Positions 9,231 through 20,526 of a DNA stretch of 64,000 nt are shown here, one piece after another. Each line of letters starts with the position of its first letter. The stretch's first letter is position 1. The stretch comes from an uncultured Acidobacteriota bacterium (GTDB lineage Bacteria; Acidobacteriota; Vicinamibacteria; Fen-336). The DNA is taken from NCBI GenBank assembly GCA_963744315.1, contig CAVUTB010000005.1, positions 190,794 to 254,793 of the forward strand. Reading direction: 5' to 3'. Below the pieces are notes generated by a model. The model saw nothing but the letters and a program-made list of their open reading frames with translations. It was not told where the DNA came from and did not search any database. The position numbers and the translations under genes were made by a program.

Positions 9231-10200
9231 GTAGAACCGAATCACCACGTCCGGGCTGGGCTCGGCGTGGATCGTGTCGATGAAACGGACCTGGTGCGGG
9301 TCCGTCGTCATCACGAGGCACTCCGTCCGGATGCCGTCGCGGAAGAAGCGGACCGCCTTCAGCAGCGGCCCCTCCGTCACGCCACCGGCGGCGAAGATGA
9401 TGCTCTTCCCGGGGGCCAGGTCCTCCGTCCGGTAGACGCGCTCGAGGTCGGAGATCCCCATGCGTCGCATGCGGTCCGCATCGGCCGGGCGCGTCATCAC
9501 GAGCCGGCCCTGGATCTCGCCGTTGAGGCAGCGCATGGCGGCCGCGGTCAGCACGCCCTCGGGTGCGCCGCCGATCCCCATCACCGCGTGGACGCCGGTG
9601 CCGAGCACGGCGACCGAGATGCCCGCCGAGAGGTCGCCGTCCCCGATCAGCCGGATCCGCGCGCCGGCCTTCCGGATGTCGGCGATCAGCGTCTCGTGGC
9701 GCGGGCGGTCGAGCACCACGACCACCAGGTCGTCGACGTCGCGGTTGAGCGCCCGCGCCAGCGCCTTCAGGTTGTCCTCGACCGGCGCCGCGATGTCGAG
9801 CTGGCCCCGCGCCGGGCCCGGGACCACGAGCTTGTCCATGTAGATGTCCGGCGCGTGGAGCAGCCCGCCCCGCTCGGCCGCCGCGAGCACGGCGATCGCT
9901 CCCGGCGCGCCCGTGGCGCACAGGTTCGTGCCCTCGAGCGGGTCGACGGCGATGTCGACCGCGGGGCCGGTTCCGGTGCCGACGCGCTCGCCGATGTAGA
10001 GCATCGGCGCCTCGTCGCGCTCGCCCTCGCCGATCACGATGGTGCCGTCGATGTCGACGGTCTCCATCTCGTGGCGCATGGCCTCGACCGCGACGCCGTC
10101 CGAGCCCTTGCGGTCCCCGCGGCCCATGGTGCGGGCCGAAGTCGATCGCGGCGCGCTCAACGACCCTGACGAACTCGAGGGGCAGGTCGGCCGGAATCAT
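9090..10200 (-). CDS. glpX: fructose-1,6-bisphosphatase class II (GlpX), frameshifted
   Basis: N-terminus [18 protein letters not shown] (frame of 9136..10200), then ...[17 protein letters not shown]...[15 protein letters not shown]...[19 protein letters not shown] (frame of 9090..10160). 3' end uncertain because the reading runs into repeat copy A. Confidence 0.75.
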
Positions 10201-10256
10201 GGCGCACCTCCGAGAGGGCAGCGGGGCATGATACTGCGGCCCCCCGTGGCGCCGGG

Positions 10257-11459
10257 CTAGTCGCGATACGGCGGCAGCTCGATGCGGCGCGGCTTGTCCT
10301 GGCGGTAGCCGAGGGCGTAGTCGGCCTGCATCAGCTTGTGGACCTCGCGGCTGCCTTCGTAGATGACGGCCGCCTTGCAGTTACGGTAGAAGCGGCCGAC
10401 CGGGTACTCGTCCGAGTAGCCGTTGGCGCCGTGGATCTGCACCGCGTCGCCCGCGGCCCGCTCGCTCGCCACGGTCGCGAACCACTTCGCAAGCGAGGTC
10501 TCGCGCGTGTTGCGCAGGCCCTTGTTCTTCAGGTAGCCCGCGCGCAGCCAGAGCAGCCGCGCCGCGTCGTAGTCGGAGACCATCTGCGCGATCATCTCCT
10601 TCACGAGCTGGTGCTGGCCGATCGGCACGCCGAAGGTCTTGCGCCCCTGGGCGTAGCGGACCGAGGCATCCAGGCAGGCGCGGATCAGGCCGGTTGCGCC
10701 GGAGGCCACCGTGTAGCGCCCGTTCTCGAGCGCGAACATCGCGACCTTGAAGCCCTCGCCCTCCTCGCCCACGCGGTTCTCCACCGGCACCTCGACGTCC
10801 TGCATCGAGAAGCCGCCGGTGTTGCCGGCGAGGATGCCCCACTTCTCCTTGATCGTGAAGGAGCTGAAGCCCTTGAAGCCGCGCTCGACGATGAAGGCCG
10901 ACATGCCCGAGTGGTCGCGCTGCTTCTTCTTCTCCTGGTCCGTCCAGGCGATGACCAGGAAGTTGTCGGCGACGTCGGCGAGGCTGATCCACATCTTCTC
11001 GCCGTTCAGCACGTAGCGGTCGCCCTTGCGGACCGCCGTCGACTGGATGCCGACGGCGTCCGAGCCCGCGTTCGGCTCGGTGAGCCCGTAGGTCGCGATC
11101 TTCTCGCCCTTCGCCTGCGGCACCAGGTACTTCTTCTTCTGCGCGTCGGTGCCCCAGCACCAGAGCGTCATCGAGTTGAGGCCGACGTGGACCGACATGA
11201 TCACGCGCAGGTGGGTGTCGACGTACTCGAGCTCCTCGCAGGCGAGCCCGAGGCTCAGGTAGTCCATGCCGGCGCCGCCCCACTCCTCCGGGATGCAGAT
11301 CCCCAGCAGCTGGAGCTCGCCCATGCCCTTCAGGAAGTCGCGGTTGAAGCGGTGCGCACGGTCGAGGTCGTGGATCTGCGGCTGGACTTCCTTCCCCGCC
11401 CACTCGCGGACCGTCTCGACGAGCGCCTTGTGCTCCTCACCCAGCTCCAGCTCGATCAT
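10257..11459 (-). CDS. acyl-CoA dehydrogenase
   Basis: 400 aa intact. ACAD N/M/C domains ([11 protein letters not shown]..., ...[12 protein letters not shown]). Confidence 0.9.
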   Translation of the reverse strand: MIELELGEEHKALVETVREWAGKEVQPQIHDLDRAHRFNRDFLKGMGELQLLGICIPEEWGGAGMDYLSLGLACEELEYVDTHLRVIMSVHVGLNSMTLWCWGTDAQKKKYLVPQAKGEKIATYGLTEPNAGSDAVGIQSTAVRKGDRYVLNGEKMWISLADVADNFLVIAWTDQEKKKQRDHSGMSAFIVERGFKGFSSFTIKEKWGILAGNTGGFSMQDVEVPVENRVGEEGEGFKVAMFALENGRYTVASGATGLIRACLDASVRYAQGRKTFGVPIGQHQLVKEMIAQMVSDYDAARLLWLRAGYLKNKGLRNTRETSLAKWFATVASERAAGDAVQIHGANGYSDEYPVGRFYRNCKAAVIYEGSREVHKLMQADYALGYRQDKPRRIELPPYRD

Positions 11460-11725
11460 GGCTCCTCGCTGTACGCGTCTTCCGGCAGCTCGCGGCGCTC
11501 CTGCAGCACGCGCCGCGCCTCGTCAGCCTGCTCCGCCTTCACCAGCACGCGCACCACGGCGAAGCTGCGCACGAGCGGCAGCGGCTCCTGCCTGTAGCTC
11601 TGGTCGATCACCCGGGGCTCGATTCCGGCCTCGCGCAGGCGCAGCGCCGCCAGCTCCGCTTCGAACACCTGGTTCGCCTCGAGCACCACGTCCCAGTCGC
11701 CGTGCGAGGGTTGCCCTTCGCTCAC
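11456..11725 (-). CDS. small DUF2007-like protein
   Basis: About 89 aa, the tail of track ORF 11456..12550 (VSEGQPSHGDWDVVLEANQVFEAELAALRLREAGIEPRVIDQSY...VVRVLVKAEQADEARRVLQE). GTG start overlaps the hydratase TGA (GTGA); its stop overlaps the ACAD ATG (ATGA). Confidence 0.5.
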   Translation of the reverse strand: MSEGQPSHGDWDVVLEANQVFEAELAALRLREAGIEPRVIDQSYRQEPLPLVRSFAVVRVLVKAEQADEARRVLQERRELPEDAYSEEP

Positions 11726-12550
11726 CGGTCCTTCCAGACCGGCTTGCGCTTCTCGGCCACGGCTCGCAGGCCCTCTTCGACGTCCTGGGTCGCGAGCAGC
11801 TGGTTGAGGTAGACGTCCTCGGCGTGGCGGACGGCCTCCTCGTACGACATGTCCTGGCCGCCCACGATCGCGCGGCGCGCGAGCTGCACGATCGGCGCGC
11901 TCGACTCCTGGAATCGCTGCACCAGCGCGGCCACCTCGGCGTCCATGCGGTCGTCGGGGACGGCGCGCGTGATGAGCCCGATGCGCTCGGCGTCGGCCGC
12001 CGTGAGGCTCGTGCCCATCATCAGGAGCTCGAAGGCGCGCTTCCTGCCCACGATGCGCGGCAGGAGCGCCGCCGCCACGGTGTTGAAGACGCCGCCGCGG
12101 ATCTCGGGGTGCCCCAGCTTGGCGCTCTGGGCCGCGAGCACCATGTCGCAGCCCGCGGCCAGGATGCAGCCGGCGCCCAGCGCGGGCCCCCCGACCACCG
12201 CGAGCGTCGCCTTGTCGAGCTTGCCGATCGCTCTCGAAGATGCGCCGGAAGCACTCGAGCATCATGTAGCCGCGGTCGCCGAGGTGGTCCGTGAGCTCGA
12301 AGCCGGCCGAGAAGTACTTGCCGGTCGCGAACAGGGTCACCAGCTTGACGTCCCGCTGGTACTCGAGCGACTCGATCGCGGTCGCCAGCTCCTGCATCAT
12401 GTCGACCGACAGCACGTTCGCGGGCGGCCGGTTGAGCGTGATGCGCGTGATGCCCTGGGCGCTGTCGACGAGAATGTTCTTGAAGGTCGGCGTGCTGACC
12501 GAAGCGAAGACGTCCTGGTCGTGGGGGTCTTCGTCGTACTGGTCGGCCAT
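11722..12550 (-). CDS. enoyl-CoA hydratase/isomerase (one frameshift near 12238)
   Basis: N-terminal half in 11456..12550 (ITLNRPPANVLS...YFSAGFEL), C-terminal half in 11722..12198 (VVGGPALGAGCILAAGCDM...). Removing one extra base restores the ...IFESIGKLDKATLAVVGGPA reading. Confidence 0.8.
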
Positions 12551-12692
12551 CGCGTCTCTTCCTTCCGCCGGCGCTTCCGCGTCGCCTCCGGCCTCTGGCG
12601 CCGTGCGTCGCGACCAAGCCCCTGACTCAAGGGGCTTTCGCAGCGCAGGATTCTAGCATGGGCCGCTCTCGCCTCCGGGCCTGTCCTGTCGC

Positions 12693-14179
12693 ATGATGGG
12701 CCGCATGGGGCGCCTCGCCGACGTCTACGCGCTGCCGCTCGCGCTCTTGACCGACCTCTACCAGCTCACGATGGCGGAGGCCTACGAAAGCACGGGCGCG
12801 CGGGCAGAACGAGGCGGTGTTCCACCTCTTCTTCCGCGCGCAACCCGTTCGAGGGCGGCTTCGCGGTGGCCTGCGGCCTCGCGCGCGCCGTCGACTACCT
12901 CGACGAGCTATCGTTTCGGCGACGACGACCTCGCCTACCTCGCGACACTCACCGGCAACGACGGCCAGCCGCTCTTCGAGCCCTCCTTCCTCCGCCAGCT
13001 CGCCGGGATCCGGCTCGGCCTGCGACGTCGACGCCATGCCCGAGGGGACGGTGGTGTTCCCCCACGAGCCGCTGGTGCGCGTGCGCGGTCCGCTGCTGCA
13101 GGCCCAGCTCGTCGAGACGGCTCTGCTCAATTTCGTCAACTTCGAGACGCTGATCGCGACCAAGGCGGCGCGCGTGACGCTCGCCGCGCGCGGCGACGAG
13201 GTGATCGAGTTCGGGCTGCGGCGCGCGCAGGGCGTCGACGGCGGGCTGTCGGCGACGCGCGCGGCCTTCGTGGGCGGCGCCAACGCGACCTCGAACGCGC
13301 TCGCGGGCCGGCTGCTGGGGCTCCCGGTGCGCGGCACCCACGCGCACAGCTGGGTGATGGCCTTCGACGACGAGACCGAGGCCTTCCGGGCCTGGGCCCG
13401 CGCGCAGCCCAACAACGGCGTCTTCCTGGTCGACACCTACGACACGCTCGAAGGCGTTCGCCGCGCCGCGAAGGCCGCGGCTCGAGCTGCAGGCGAGCGG
13501 GCACCGGGCGATCGGGATCCGCCTCGACTCGGGCGACCTCGCCTACCTGAGCATCGAGGCGCGCGCGATCCTCGACGCCGCCGGGCTTCAGTCGGTGAAG
13601 ATCCTCGCGAGCAACGACCTCGACGAGCACCTGATCGCGAGCCTCAAGGAGCAGGGCGCCAGGATCGACGTCGTGGGGCGTGGGGACGCGGCTCGTCACC
13701 GGCGGCGAGCAGGCGGCGCTCGGCGGCGTCTACAAGCTCGGCGCCCTGCGCGAGCCGGGCGGCGCGTGGCGCCACCGCATCAAGGTCTCGGAGCAGGCGG
13801 CCAAGACCTCGAACCCCGGCATCCAGCAGGTGCGGCGCTTCAGCGGGCCGGAAGGCTTCGTCGCGGACGTGATCTACGACGAGGAGAGCGGGATCGGCGA
13901 CGCGCCCGTGGTCGTCGACCCGCTCGACCCCACGCGGCGCAAGCGCATCCCTGCCGGAACGCCGTTCGAGGACCTGCTGGTGCCGGTCGTGCGCGGGGGC
14001 CGCGGCGGTCTACGACACGCCCTCGCTCGCTCGAGAGCCAGCGCCGCGCGCGCGCGCAGGTGCAGAGCCTGCACCCCGGCATCCGCCGCTTCGTGAACCC
14101 GCACCAGTATCCGGTCGGCCTGTCGCTGCCGCTGCACGAGCTCAAGACGCGGCTCGTGCTGGAGGCGAGGGGCCTGTGA
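12693..14179 (+). CDS. pncB: nicotinate phosphoribosyltransferase (about six frameshifts)
   Basis: Stitched fragments: [113 protein letters not shown]. Together they match NAPRTase end to end. Confidence 0.8.
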
Positions 14180-15322
14180 GCCCGACCCGCGTCTATCTCG
14201 ACCACAACGCGACGACGCCGCTCGACCCGGCGGCGCTCGAAGCCATGCTCCCCTACCTGCGCGAGTCCTACGGCAATCCCTCGAGCCTGCACTGGTTCGG
14301 CCAGCGCGCGCGCGCGGCCGTCGAGGAGGCGCGCGAACAGGTCGCGGCGCTCGTCGGAGCCACGGCGCCCGAGATCGTCTTCACGGCCGGCGGCAGCGAG
14401 TCGGACAACATGGCGCTGCGCGGGGCGCTCGCCGTGGCGAGCGGAGCGCGACGCAAGCTGGTGACGACCGCGGTCGAGCACCACGCCGTGCTCAACACCG
14501 CGAAGGCCCTGCGCGACGAAGGCCATCCGGTCGAGATCGCGCGCGTGGGCGAGGACGGGCGGCTCGACCTCGACGACCTGCGCGCGAAGGTCGACGACGC
14601 GACTCGCGTCGTCTCGGTGATGCTCGCCAACAACGAGACCGGCGTGCTGCAGCCGGTCGCCCAGGTCGCGCGCCTGGCTCACGAGCGGGGCGCGCTCGTC
14701 CACTGCGACGCGGTCCAGGGCGCCGGCAAGACGACGCTCGACGTGCGCGCGCTCGACGTCGACCTGCTGACGCTGTCGGCGCACAAGCTCTACGGCCCGA
14801 AGGGCACGGGCTGCCTCTACGTGCGGCGCGGGACGAAGATGGCGCCGCTCGTGCGCGGCGGGGCGCAGGAGCGCAACCGCCGCGCCGGCACCGAGAACGT
14901 CGCCGGGCATCGTCGGCTTCGGCGCCGCCGCGGCGCGCGCGCGGCAGGCGCTCGCGTCGGAGGCGCCCCGGATCGCCGCGCTCCGCGACCGGCTCGAGCT
15001 CGCCCTGCTCGAGGTGCCCGGCGCGCGGCGAAACGGGGCCGAGCCCCGCGTCGCCAACACGGCCAACGTCTCCTTCGAGGGGATCGACGCCGAGGCGCTC
15101 CTGATCGCGCTCGACCTCGAGGGCGTCGCGGCGTCGACCGGCGCCGCCTGCGCCGCGGGCGGCATCGAGCCTTCGCACGTCCTGAAGGCGATGGGGTTCT
15201 CCGCCGAACGCGTCCAGAGCTCGCTCCGGCTGTCGCTGGGACGAGGAACGACGCAAGAAGAGATCGACCGCGCCGCCGAGGTCATCGCCGTGGCCGTCGA
15301 ACGACAACGGCGCAAGACGTAA
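14176..15322 (+). CDS. iscS: cysteine desulfurase (NifS/IscS-like), one frameshift near 14905
   Basis: Class V aminotransferase. PLP lysine in [11 protein letters not shown]-terminal segment (track ORF 15014..15322) carries the active-site region [15 protein letters not shown]. Confidence 0.85.
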
Positions 15323-15403
15323 CGGACAGGCAGACAACGGACACGACAAGCCGCGGCCTGGACTGAGCAAAGGGGGCGCTCCGCCCCCCCTCAACCCCCC
15401 AGG
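15321..15403. repeat. REP-like repeat, copy B (module M2)
   Basis: AACGGACAGGCAGACAACGGACACGAC...GGCCTGGACTGAGCAAAGGGGGCGCTCCGCCCCCCCTCAACCCCCCAGG. Perfect GGGGGCG-CTC-CGCCCCC hairpin. Lies between convergent iscS and lipA. Confidence 0.6.
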
Positions 15404-16257
15404 TGCGTCTTCCGCGTGGTAGCTCGAGCGGACGAGCGGGCCCGACTCGACGTGCGAGTAGCCGAGGCCGAGGGCGAAGGCGCGCAGCTCCTCGAACTCC
15501 TGCGGCGTGTAGTAGCGCCGCACCGGCAGATGCTGGGGCGACGGGCGCAGGTACTGGCCGATCGTCAGGATCTGCGTGCCGGACGCGCGTATCGCTTCGA
15601 TCGTCTCGCGCAGCTCGGCCGCCTCCTCGCCGAGCCCGACCATGATCCCGCTCTTGGTCAGAAGGCCCTGCTCGCGGGAGCGACGCAGCAGCTCGAGCGA
15701 GCGCTGGAAGCCGGCGCCGGCACGCACCGTGCGGTAGAGGCTCGGCACCGTCTCGACGTTGTGGTTGAGCACGTCGGGGCGTGCGTCGAGCACCACCTGG
15801 AGCGCCTGCCACTGCCCCTTGAAGTCGGGGATCAGCACCTCGACCGCGCAGCCGGGAACGCGCGCGCGGATCTCGGCGATCGTCGCCGCGAAGATCGCGG
15901 CGCCGCCGTCCTTCTGGTCGTCGCGGTTGACCGACGTCACGACCGCGTGGCGCAGGCCCATCCGGGCCACCGCGTCGGCGACGCGCCGAGGCTCGTCCGG
16001 ATCGGGCGGCGCGCCGGGCAGCCCCGTCTTGACGGCGCAGAAGCCGCACGCGCGCGTGCAGACCTCGCCCAGGATCATGAACGTCGCCGTGCCGCGGCTC
16101 CAGCACTCGCCGAGGTTCGGGCAGTGCGCCTCTTCACAGACCGTGTGGAGCTCGAGGCCCCGCATCAGCTCCTTGAGCCGCTCGTATTCGGGTCCCTGCG
16201 GCGCGCGCGCACGGATCCACGACGGGCGCGGCAGCAGCGGGATGGGAACGCCTGCGC

Positions 16258-16261
<4 letters not shown>
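15385..16261 (-). CDS. lipA: lipoyl synthase LipA (3' end approximate, stop apparently lost)
   Basis: Radical-SAM motifs CPNLGECW and [10 protein letters not shown]; ends ...VRSSYHAED. Track ORF 14492..16261 runs on for a further 300 aa antisense to iscS with no stop. This is most likely an indel artefact inside repeat copy B. Confidence 0.85.
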
Positions 16262-16710
<449 letters not shown>

Positions 16711-16816
16711 CTTATCGCGCTGCGCCGCCCGCCGGATTCGTATTATCCTTCTGCCGTCCCGTAGCGAGGCAGGCCCGAAGAGCGTCGCGCCGCAGGGCGC
16801 GCGGAGGTGGGTCGCG

Positions 16817-17422
16817 ATGATCGTCGTTTGTCCCAGCTGCCAGTCGAGGTTCAAGTTCGACGAGTCCAAGCTGGGCGATCGCCCCAAGGCGCGCACGAAG
16901 TGCTCGAAGTGCGGCGGCGCGATCGAGATCGAGAACCCGCTGATGGGCGCCTCGACGCTGCCGCCGAACGCCGTCGCCCCGCCGGTCGTGCCGCCCGCGC
17001 CGGAGGCGCAGTCGACGCGCAAGACGCCGGTGCAGCCGCCGGCGACCGCTTCCGCCCAGGACGCGGGTGCGACGCTCGGCGGCGCCGACGCGCACCGCAT
17101 GGGCCTCATCCAGCTGCCGAAGGACAAGCGCTACTCGCTCGCCGTGATCCAGGGAGCGGCGACCGGGCAGATCTTCCCGATCTCGAAGACGCGCACGATC
17201 GTGGGGCGCTCGGGCTCCGACATCAACCTCGACGACCCGGAGGCCTCGCGCCAGCACGCGGCGCTCGAGATCGTGGGCGACGTCGCGATCCTGCGCGACC
17301 TCGGCTCCACGAACGGCACCTGGATCGAGCTCGACCGCGTCGAGCAGCACGAGCTGTCGAACCAGCAGGAGTTCCGCATCGGCAGCCACGTCCTGATGTT
17401 CATCGTCACGGACGTCGACTAA
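16817..17422 (+). CDS. Zn-ribbon (MJ0042-type) plus FHA domain protein
   Basis: 201 aa. CPSCQSRFKF...CSKCGG zinc ribbon, Pro-rich linker, FHA core (IVGRSGSDINLDDPEASRQHAALEI...GSTNGTWI). GGAGGTG RBS. Confidence 0.8.
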   Translation: MIVVCPSCQSRFKFDESKLGDRPKARTKCSKCGGAIEIENPLMGASTLPPNAVAPPVVPPAPEAQSTRKTPVQPPATASAQDAGATLGGADAHRMGLIQLPKDKRYSLAVIQGAATGQIFPISKTRTIVGRSGSDINLDDPEASRQHAALEIVGDVAILRDLGSTNGTWIELDRVEQHELSNQQEFRIGSHVLMFIVTDVD

Positions 17423-17424
17423 CG

Positions 17425-17516
17425 CCCCGGGGGGCTGGGGGGCGGATGCGCCCCCCGATGGCTCGTCCAGAGTGTCTGCTAGCTGTTCGTGTCCGTTTGT
17501 CCGTTGTCCGTCGTCC
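17425..17516. repeat. REP-like repeat, copy C (M2, reverse orientation, diverged)
   Basis: GGGGGGCGGATGCGCCCCCC hairpin followed by GTCCGTT heptad repeats (GTCCGTTTGTCCGTTGTCCGTCGTCC). Lies between the convergent FHA and HNH genes. Confidence 0.5.
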
Positions 17517-17522
17517 AGCCGC

Positions 17523-18640
17523 TCACGCCCCTCGAAGTCTTGGAGTCATGTCCCGCTTGGAGACGTGTCCCCGGATCGCCGCCTTCCCGTAGTCCCGCTC
17601 CGCCATGAGGCGGTTGTGCGCAGCGCACAGCAGGCTGACGTTGTCGGGCCGGTGATCGCCTCCCAGCCCGAAGGGATGCCGGTGATGCAGCTCGAGCCTG
17701 TGTCGCTCGGAGCAGCGCCGGCCCGTTTCGTCGACGAAGCTGCAGCGGTCCTGGTCGCGTTCGCGCACGGCGCGGCGCACGGCGGCGGGCACGTGGCGTG
17801 AGGCCTTGGACGTGTCGGTGTCCGCGAGCGTCTTGCGAGGGGCTGTGGTGTTGGCGAAGCGGCGGGCTTCGAGGCGCTCGAGCTTCTCGGTGACCGCCTG
17901 TTCGATGATGGCGGCGAGGTCGCCGTCGGGGACTTGCGAGCGCATCAGGGCCGTCAGCCGCTCGATCTTGTCTCGCAGCTCGGCACTCGCCGTGAACTGC
18001 ACCTTGTAGCGGGCCGGCGACAGCGGCTCGACGAGCGCGGGCGGTGACGCGGGACGTCTGTCGGAGATGGCCGGCGGTGGAGCGAGACGTCGGCGGGGCC
18101 AACGCCCCAACTCGTCCCGGGACGAGTTCGACTCGCCGAAGCGCCGGGCCGGTCCCGACCCGCACCGTCGCTCCCAGACTCGAGGGGCCTCTGCGGCAGC
18201 TTCCGCATCGCGGAAGGCACGTCCGGCCGCGGGTTCAGCTCGGCGACGAGCTGCTCGAGCTGGCGCTTGCTCCGGTGGCTGGCCCGCTCGAGCAATGTCT
18301 CGCAGTTGTCCTTGGTCAGAAACGGCGCGAGCAGCGCGATGCCGCTCAAGTGAAGCCGGCCGTCTCGCAGCATCGCGAGCAGCACTACGTGCCGGCGTGC
18401 CGCCCGGGCGACGCTGATTCGCCGGTAGGCCTCGGCCTCCGAGAGATGCAGCCGCTCTGTGCAGTAGGCGAACATCGAAGGAAACGCTTGGCGGGCGTAG
18501 AGCCGTCGCTCGTCGACCTCGCCGATGTGGGCGACGAGGTCGGCCTCGACCCGTCGTGACTGTGAGACGAGCTCGCCGAGGCGGCGGAGCAGCTCGTCGT
18601 CGGGCACGGCGTGGAGCACGCGATTGATCTCGGAGTTCAT
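17523..18640 (-). CDS. HNH endonuclease with DUF222-type N-terminal domain (frameshift near 18100-18170)
   Basis: N-terminus in 17954..18793 (MNSEINRVLHAVPDDELLRRLGELV...ERRLYARQAFPSMFAYCTERLHLSEAEAYRRISVARAARRH). C-terminus in 17523..18752 (ARYKVQFTASAELRDKIERL...CSFVDETGRRCSERHRLELHHRHPFGLGGDHRPDNVSLLCAAHN). Confidence 0.7.
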
Positions 18641-19141
18641 GCTCACAAGATAGGCGGGGCTTCGCGCGCTTCGCGGAAGGACGCAGGGACGCAGCCGCGA
18701 GTGAGAGTCGACGCGCGCGAATCGCGGCGCGACACAGAGCCTCCTGGGGCATCGGCCCGCGTCAGGACTGGGCTTCGGGGCCGCATCAGGCAAGTCGGGA
18801 AAGGGCGCGCTCGAATCTTGTCAAGGGCCAGCGGAAGAAAATCTCGCGAGAGGACCCAACAAAAAGGCGCTGCACGCGCGGCTCGGCCACGGTCAGACGA
18901 ACACGCTCGCGCCAAGCACGTCCGCGCAAGCCTCGATCGACGCTCAAGCATCGACGGCCGCCACTCCCGCCAGAAACCGAACTCCGTCCGGGACGAGTTG
19001 GCGCCGCCGGCGCGGCGAGCCGTCGAAGTCGAAGCTGTCGATTCTTCAAGAACCGCTTGGACGAGCAGCCGAACCTCGCGCCGGTCTCGACTCCTCAAGA
19101 ACCGCCTTCGAAGAGGAACGAACCGCCGGGCCTGCTGCCTC

Positions 19142-19183
19142 CTTCCTTGTTCTGGGGGCGCTCCGCACCCCCAGGCCCCCCGG
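19142..19183. repeat. REP-like repeat, copy D (M1, reverse orientation)
   Basis: CTTCCTTGTTCTGGGGGCGCTCCGCACCCCCAGGCCCCCCGG is the reverse complement of the M1 consensus. Lies in the divergent HNH/mnmA region. Confidence 0.5.
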
Positions 19184-19210
19184 AATGGCTGCGGCCTATA
19201 CTGAAAGGCA

Positions 19211-20290
<1,080 letters not shown>

Positions 20291-20526
20291 GCGTCCTTCG
20301 GATCATCCATGCATTCTGTTGGATGTCCGAATTCAATCAGATGGATGTCCTTTCGAATTCCCGCTTCCTCCCATGCTGATTTACAAAGACTTACGATTAT
20401 CCGACTTCGTGGCCCGAAAGCTGCAATCCCTTGGACGCATAGCGAGGCAGCCGAGCGCTCCGCAAGGAGAGTTCTGACGTTTTTCCCGTGTCGGCTGACT
20501 CGAAGACATCCAAGGAGGACTTTGAA

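Noticed and set aside
12616-12637. Hairpin AAGCCCCTGACTCAAGGGGCTT in the divergent hydratase/pncB region containing an ACTCAAG (HAIR-like) half-site
   Set aside because: Only one HspR half-site is present and there is no CTTGAGT partner at N7. It is probably just a leader hairpin. Noted but not called.
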